64,000 nt of DNA from Trichinella spiralis (lineage: Eukaryota), in assembly GCF_000181795.1 (NCBI RefSeq), contig NW_003526943.1, forward strand, positions 8,411,472 through 8,475,471. The letters run 5' to 3'. Of the stretch, positions 57,022 to 64,000 are shown piece by piece. Position 1 is the stretch's first letter; each line of letters starts with the position of its first letter. Position numbers and translations under genes: made by a program. The notes under the pieces are model-generated. The model did no database searches, was not told the origin of the DNA, and saw only the letters and a program-made list of their open reading frames with translations.

Positions 57022-60000
57022 TTATCTCAAATTAATCATCTTTAAAAGCTGGTCCGACAATGTTACTCCTTTTCCACTGTTCGAATTGACAACGTCAATT
57101 GTGATTATCGACTTGCTTCGGTCTTGCTCACCGGGTGGCAAAGTGGCACTTATTCGGACTTCACTTCCATCGTTAATCAAAGAACGCTCATGTGCTGCAG
57201 CTAATTTACTTACCACTTGTCTTTCTATCTTAAACAGAAAAAATCATAAATTTTACCATTCAAACAATCTACACCAATCAATCTAATCTGTTCCACCTAC
57301 ATATCTATTCAATTATACTTTGAAGGTGCGCATACTTCAAAACAAATAAGTATAAATGCATTAAATAAACAACAATAAAGTTTCGATAAAAAAGCAACTT
57401 TTAAATTAATTAATTAATTAAAACAATTACAATGGTTTTAAAATAATCACCTCGTGCTTGATGGATCGAGCACCATAGCGAACATTATAACCATCGGCCA
57501 AAACTTCAAGAACATTCTGATCCCACGTAAGATGAATTTTATGCTTTTGCAAAGCTTTCATTTTCCAAAATTCAAGTTCACGAGTTACAAGCTGCAACAA
57601 TTCCGGTCGAGAAAAGGGAAGAAAATATACAATCTCTGTTATACGTCCAATAAATTCATCACGTTTTAAATGTCTCTGAAAAAAACACATTTTCAAACCA
57701 TCATTTCACTTGCTACATATTAATAATGACTATTTTACATTAAAAAAAGAATATCTACATCAAAAATCAATCAATCAAAAAAAGTAAAATTAATAAATAA
57801 TGCACTGCAACTAAATTTGTTCACGAGCTGTTTTTAAAATTCAAAATCTTAATTTAAACAGTAAATTAAGATCTCAATTTTGAAATGTCTTTAAAAAAAA
57901 TTTCCAACGCATATAACCTTTAATATTGGTTGAACAACGGTTTCTTTGAACTTCCTCGATATGGTCACATTTTCAGCCTCATTTAAATCTTCTATAAAAT
58001 TGTATATGGATATTTATTTATTTATTTAAATCACATAAACAAATACCTAATGTATTGGATAATCGCTTTTCAACCATATCTGCTGTCTCTTTACGCAATT
58101 TCAAAGCATGGCTAGCAATTTCTTCAGCTGCCAAATTCGATGTCATTATAAATATCGCTTCTTTGCAGTCAACCGTTTTACCCATTCCATCAGTAAGCCG
58201 ACCCTTAAAAAACCATTTTCTAATTACAAAAAAGACTAATTGACGTGTTCAAAATAAAATTCACTTCATCAAAAAGTTGAAGCATGATAGTCAATACGTC
58301 CGGATGCGCTTTTTCCACTTCGTCAAACAGAACTACCGCATTCGGGCATTCGGTTAAACTCTTCGTCAACTGACCCCCCTGTTGATGACCAACATAACCT
58401 GGAGGGGATCCAATAAATTTAGCAACCTTAAGAAACAAGAAAAATTAATTAACCGAACTCTGATATTACACCAGGAAAAGAAACAGGTAATTTAACAGAT
58501 GCTATAAAATACAGACATAATGATTAAATCTAAAGTTTCAAATATAGACGTTAACGTACTTCATGCTTTTCTTGATATTCGGACATGTCAATGCGGATGA
58601 ATGACTTTTTGTTATCTTTGTACAAATACTGAGCCACTTGCTTTGCTAACTCCGTTTTCCCAACCCCGCTTGATCCAAGAAACAAAAATACAAGCGGGTG
58701 TTCATCATTAGTCCATCCATTTTCTCTCCGACGAATCGCTTAAAACGTCAAATTTTCACATTTTGCTGAACCACTTTATTCACAATTTTTCTCTACCCGA
58801 TGCTACAGAAGAAATTGCTCCGTCTTGACCAATCATGTTCTTTTTCACCCTTTCCTCGAAAGGATAATTTTGACGTTCCAAACGTTCTAGCAAAGCTTTC
58901 TTTTCAGTATACTGTAATTTTTACTTTTTATTAAATTTTGACAAAATAAAAAACACTTCTAGACAACCTTTTTTGTGTATCCTTTCAGCAATTCTTCTAT
59001 TTGTTGATTCTGTGCATAGTTTACAGGTAACTGCCCAGATTCATTACTCGACAATGGATCGGCACCTATGCAGCAATGCACAATGATGACAAAAATACAA
59101 TGCTAAATTTAAATATTAAATGGTTAAATTCAAAATAAAAATTCCTAATTAAATCATGTGCAGTATGGAAAAACCCAATATTCTGGGAGTATTTATTATA
59201 AAGTTTCTGCTTAAATTTCCAGAGCTCAGAGATTTCATTCTATCTCCAATTCAGACCATGAACCTTGTCAGACATCACGTTTGGGACACCGGTAATCTCC
59301 AGTCCAAAAGACAATATTTCACATTATTTGACAATATTTATGGTTGCATATATGCTGGAGAGAGAACAATTAAAGGAATTTTTCGATCAGCCAACTTTCA
59401 GTAAGCTATTTTAAGATAGAGATTTGGTACTTCTCCTCAGCCAATGATGATTGCTATCAAGCTAAAAAAAGCGGAAAGCTACGCGAAAGCTTTTACCACA
59501 GCGAGCGCGGCGACCGCCAAGCCAACACAATGACTACTTCATCTTACGTCAGTAAGTCAAGTCAACAAATTGGCATAAAGACGCCTCAAGAACAGGTACC
59601 TACCCAGATTCAGAAAATAGATGCCCAGAAATGATAAAACGATATGATTAACAAAGAGATATCTTCCTATATATCATATATACGGTAGAGGTAGTAGTAT
59701 CTGTCGTTGTGCGCGTTTGTTTGAAGGTACTTATTCATGAATTCGTTAAATGTACGCGTTGTTGGGTTTGAGTGATTGTATGGCTGCGATTCCGAATAAT
59801 AACGTTCATATTTAAATTGCCCATATGAAAAATCACCATTACCGCATTTTATACAAACAGCAGCTTAATAACAATTTATTTAACTCTTAATAATAAATAC
59901 AAATTGAAATTATTTTGAAATTTTACAAAACACAAAAACAAAATACTGAAAATATTGCTTATACCAGTGATTCCCAAAGTGGGCGATATCGCCCCTTGGG

Positions 60001-61510
60001 GGCGGTGGGAGGCTGAAAGGGGGGGGGGGTTGGGAAGTAAAGGGGCACCTAGAAGCGCATTGTTAATATAAACACAATATGTTTTATGTTTTGTGTTTAT
60101 ACTGATATTTGTTCAGCGGCTGTTTTTAAGAATATTTATTAAATTTTGTATGTGTTTAATGTAATATGACTCTCTGCAATCTGTTTTCCTCATCTTCTTC
60201 GTTCATAGCACTTACGACTGTTTCTTACCAACCAACATTGAACCCAATGTAGACAAATTAGTCGCAACGCACCAAGCCCATCCATCGCATGAATTATTTC
60301 CTCACTATATGATTATTTTTGAAAGAACACTCAATTTAAATAAATAGTATATTTGAAAATTCATTTTTTTGGCAATAATCTGAGATTGGCATTGGGGACG
60401 TTTGAAAAATATATGCCTATCAAAGGGACAATAGCCTGAAAAGGTTAGGGAAACACTGGTATATACAATTATATTACGGCATACAGAAGAAAATGAAAAT
60501 CATTATTATGAGCTATGTAACAATAAATAAATGATATAAACAACTGTTTAACAAATTAAAAGTTTAAATGAAGCAGACAGTATCTTCTGATATAAAAAAT
60601 TACATTTATCTTACCATATTCCATCAACATTTCAACTGCCGGTTTATTATTTCCCAGAACAGCATAGTGCAAAGGTGTCATATTTCGAAACTCTATGTTC
60701 TTATTCAACTGGAAGTTAAAAAATTCTTCTCGTATAAATAGTGCTATTGAATTAAAAAAATATGGTCATTGCACAAAGTGAAAAGTAAAGAAATGTCTAC
60801 CTTCCAAAAAAGAGATGCGCATGTCTCGAGCAACCGTTTGAACATTGCTAAAATTATCTTTAGTATTCACATCTGCACCGTTTTCAAGTAATACTTTCAA
60901 TGCTCTAAATATGAATTCTATTTGTATGTAAAACGGTTGCTCAGCACGGTGAAATATAAATTTTTTTTCATAAGAAACAATAACATAAATAAATCCGCAT
61001 TAATTATATAATATATTTGAATTTCACTTTGGTTAGCAAAACATTTCTATTACTTGCAGCTTCCATGAAATGAAGCAACGTGCAATGCGGTCCAGCCTAA
61101 GAAATGTCGCTCGTTGGGATCAACACCGGATTGTAAAAGTCTGCGTAAAATATTTACTGAAGCAGAATTCGTTGACTCAAAAAGAGCACTCACTTTTTTA
61201 TAGTTCGTTCGTCATCATCTCTAGCAGCATACATCAGCTGCATTTTGCGAATATCCTCTCCTAATAACAAACGTTCAGTTCTTTCGTATGCTAAAAAAAT
61301 AACAACACATTTACCGTGGTTTCGGTCTCCATTCATGCCGGAAAATTCATAAGTTGTGTAAAATGTAAATCCATAAAACCATCCATCGTTTGCATTAATT
61401 TTTCTCAAAAATGGTGCAACTGCAAATCGGCATCCTAAATATCGAAAATACGACCGCAACCACACCCAATAGCAATGTCGACGCATTCGTGAAGCGAACA
61501 ATCGCCACAT
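57022..61510 (-). CDS. CLPB: Mitochondrial disaggregase CLPB/Skd3 (ankyrin repeats plus a single AAA+ NBD); multi-exon
   Basis: Arg-rich presequence [11 protein letters not shown], ankyrin [18 protein letters not shown] and [90 protein letters not shown] and [13 protein letters not shown]. Confidence 0.95.
59156..59640 (+). mobile_element. Possible heavily decayed retroelement gag-like fragment in the CLPB intron
   Basis: More GC-rich than the flanks. Frameshifted translation [49 protein letters not shown] loosely follows a Ty3/Gypsy gag pattern. Confidence 0.3.
59965..60458 (+). mobile_element. hAT (Buster/Charlie-type) non-autonomous deletion derivative, 494 bp, inside the CLPB intron 59066-60614
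   Basis: TIRs CAGTGATTCCCAAAGT and (reverse complement) CAGTGTTTCCCTAACC. The 8-bp flanks GCTTATAC / GTATATAC match 6/8 with a central TA. A transposase C-terminal remnant [25 protein letters not shown] lies at 60212-60290. Confidence 0.88.
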
Positions 61511-62015
61511 GTTTACTAAACAATTTTAATAAAATTCTAAAATATTGATAATCAATTTCATAACTATTAGTAAATTTACACCACATTTTAATGTTCATAA
61601 TTATTTGTTTTATGCTAAAATATACCTAGCTATGGCAATATAGCAACATTTTATAAATGTAATTACAAAACACTTCTGAAAGCTACACATATTTCAACAT
61701 TTTTCTAAAATAAAATCCATCGTTTTTTTAATTAAATTATTCAGTTTAAAATATCAACATCAACGTTAAAATGGAATCCCATCATGCATTAAAGTATAAA
61801 CTGCGAATGCTATCGCTTCATCAACAAATCAAGTACGATATGTTTTTCTCATATTTAATGAAAATTTATTAGTAACCGCAGTACAAATTTCATCGCAACA
61901 ATATAACTTGTAAACAATGGAAACAAAGTTAAGTAAACTTCAAAACAGACTATTCTCACATTTCTCTCTTAAAAATTAAACATTATTAACAATGTGAAAC
62001 ATATAAAATATACAA

Positions 62016-62871
62016 TCATCTTGGAAGTATGTGAGTCAGTGACGGTTCTAAACAATGCTTGACCGCATGAAGCTAAAAAATAAAAACTCTTAATAAGCAA
62101 TATGTGAATTCATAAATTTAAATTACTTTGCTTCTCAACATGCCAATTTCAACCGTATTATTGGCCACCATACACAATAACAGCGTGGCAACTTTACAAA
62201 TAGCTATTCTTCCTTCCTGAATCATTCAGAAATAAATTTTAAAAAATTCAATTGTAAACATACCGATCCTTCAAGAAAAAACCATTTCAATTTATCATCA
62301 CGAAATGTTTCTTGACCACTTTTCTCATAAGAGCACCAAATGTTAGAAGCAATTGCAGCTATAGCTTCTGCTCGGCTTTCATCACAACCAGCGTGACAAA
62401 GTACCATTCCTTCACGATTCATCAAGCTAAAAATTCATTTAAAAATCAAATCTAAATTTTAAATGCATATTAAAGTAAATAAACATGTGCAAAACAAAAT
62501 TTTTTTTCGAAAATGTAAAACTTTTATACTCATTTTTGAATAAGCTGTCAGTCTTCAACAAATGTACCATATGCATTCACATCTCATTTCTGATAACTGT
62601 CATGTTAAAAAACTTATAAAAAGCATTTATAAACTAAAAATACATTTGAAAATAATTAACATATATATACTCATTAAAACTTTCTCAAATTATACACTTA
62701 TTATCGTCAAAAACGCCAGTGGTATAAGATTAAGCATAAACAGCATCCGCTAGCAGTTAAGAAAATTTACAATGTTGAAATTATTAAACATAAACCTTCT
62801 TACAGCGTCCCTGTGAGTCCTTCTGCATTGGCTTGACAAAGGATACTGTTTAAAACAGTTGGTCTAATCAT
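62016..62871 (-). CDS. LAMTOR2: Ragulator subunit LAMTOR2 (roadblock/LC7); four exons
   Basis: Spliced product MIRPTVLNSILCQANAEGLTGTL|LMNREGMVLCHAG..AIAAIASNIWCSYEKSGQETFRDDKLKW..|EGRIAICKVATLLLCMVA..GMLRSK|LHAVKHCLEPSL. Confidence 0.93.
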
Positions 62872-63399
62872 TTTTTCAGTAAATAAATATGCAAGAAACA
62901 GTATTACATAATGATTTTCAAGTATTATTAAATTACAAAAAAGCATACATTATTCATAGCAGTAATACAATATCACTATTTAATATTGAATATTTAAATA
63001 ATCATTAAATTGTTTTAATGTTCAAATGAATATAAGTTTTACAAAGAGATCAAATGCATCATTTTTCAAAAGTTAAAAACAATTTCAAGTATTTTAATTT
63101 TGATATAGTTAATTTTTTCAGCTCGATTATCATAAAATTAAAATATTGTCAACATATTTACTAAAAAACCAAAATTTTGTTTGTTATTCATTATTTAAAT
63201 TCATTCATGACTGTCATAAAACTGTAGCAATTTTGATATCACAAAATACAAATTTGTTTTAGTGTACTGTTTGTGGGTAATGTTTTCTACTGTTGTTTGT
63301 CGTTAATGAATCAAGAAATTTCTTACGCGTTGAAAGCATTTATTATAAATCAAATGCTTTAATTTAATCAGAATATTACAGCGCTCTGACAATTGCACA

Positions 63400-63930
63400 A
63401 TTTCTTTAGCAGCTATAATTCCTGTTTTGTAACTGCTATTGTCTACAGCTTATGTTGTACGAAAACTTTGTTCATTAGCTTAATGGTGGCTTTTCTGTTA
63501 AATGAGTTGCTCTATCGCTATCTAAATGGTTGTTAATGCGCAAGCTTACATGAAGCATGCAATTATCATCTGACAGCTGCTTTTACGCTGTTTAAACTGC
63601 TGGAATATCAGCGAACAGTAGGAATGCCATTGCCACGTGCATTTGTAACTTCTATCTATATCAGGTTATTAGCCTGATTTTGCGCAGAGTGGCTTGTGAA
63701 AGTGAAAGCAGCATCCTTGAACTCGTGTGTTTGAAACCAGCTCTGTAATTTTGAAACCAGAATGAGTGGCTTTAAAATCGCAACATATGGTTTTAGGTTG
63801 AAGAGCTGTTCTGCTCTACAGTGCATCTATACTACATTTATAATACAGTGCATCAAATGTATGATAAGTTACAAAATTTTTGTCATTTGTTGAGTAGCAT
63901 ACTAGCAGTAGTAGCTTACAGTGCAGCAAC
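63400..63930 (-). mobile_element. Decayed MULE (Mutator-like) transposase catalytic-domain relic; may extend beyond the window
   Basis: Minus-strand translation with stops and frameshifts: KLLLLVCYSTNDKNFVTYHTFDAL..LQPKTICCDF (CDF ~63774-63783), NTRVQGCCFHF (~63697-63731), LRINNHLD (~63520-63543) and FNRKA. These match the order D..CxFH..RTNNxxE of MULE transposases. Confidence 0.8.
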
Positions 63931-64000
63931 TTATGAACTTTGCATAATTTTTAAAACTACACGTGTGCTTGTTTAAAAGTTACACAGCAATGTCAGACAG

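Noticed and set aside
57302..57345. Spliced-leader-like 22-24mer ending TTTGAAG|GT followed by a small hairpin
   Set aside because: No Sm-binding site (AATTTTTG-like) or further stem-loops downstream, and it lies antisense in a CLPB intron.
59699..59800. Second SL-like segment ending TTTGTTTGAAG|GT
   Set aside because: No Sm site or SL RNA fold, and it is part of the unexplained intronic insert.
54402..62846. GTATCCTT (U12-type donor) motifs on the minus strand at ~54402-54409 and ~62839-62846
   Set aside because: Both fall inside open coding exons (UNC-93-like and LAMTOR2), not at intron starts. I found no U12 intron in the window.

Overview
AT-rich, intron-dense eukaryotic genomic DNA, most consistent with a clade I nematode such as Trichinella. 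This is an inference from the 50-70 nt introns with TTTCAG/TTTTAG acceptors, the FLYWCH-MULE relics, an ankyrin-AAA CLPB/Skd3 and a canonical-looking RING1. Fourteen protein-coding genes can be supported: a diaphanous formin (5'-partial), a GT92 glycosyltransferase, a ceramide synthase, p23/PTGES3, XPNPEP3, a small two-LIM protein, a type I diacylglycerol kinase, paraplegin/SPG7, RING1/RNF2, GDPD1, an intronless PRP31, an UNC-93-like transporter, CLPB/Skd3 and LAMTOR2. Mobile DNA comprises an internally deleted piggyBac element with TTAA ends, a hAT-Buster/Charlie deletion derivative inside a CLPB intron, two MULE transposase relics and a possible decayed gag fragment. I found no clear-cut new multi-gene system. 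The best leads are a candidate box C/D snoRNA between GDPD1 and PRP31, a likely p23-XPNPEP3 operon junction, a cluster of CRE half-sites and an in-frame uORF upstream of the DGK, and an inverted repeat spanning the assembly gap. Exon boundaries were read by eye and are approximate.
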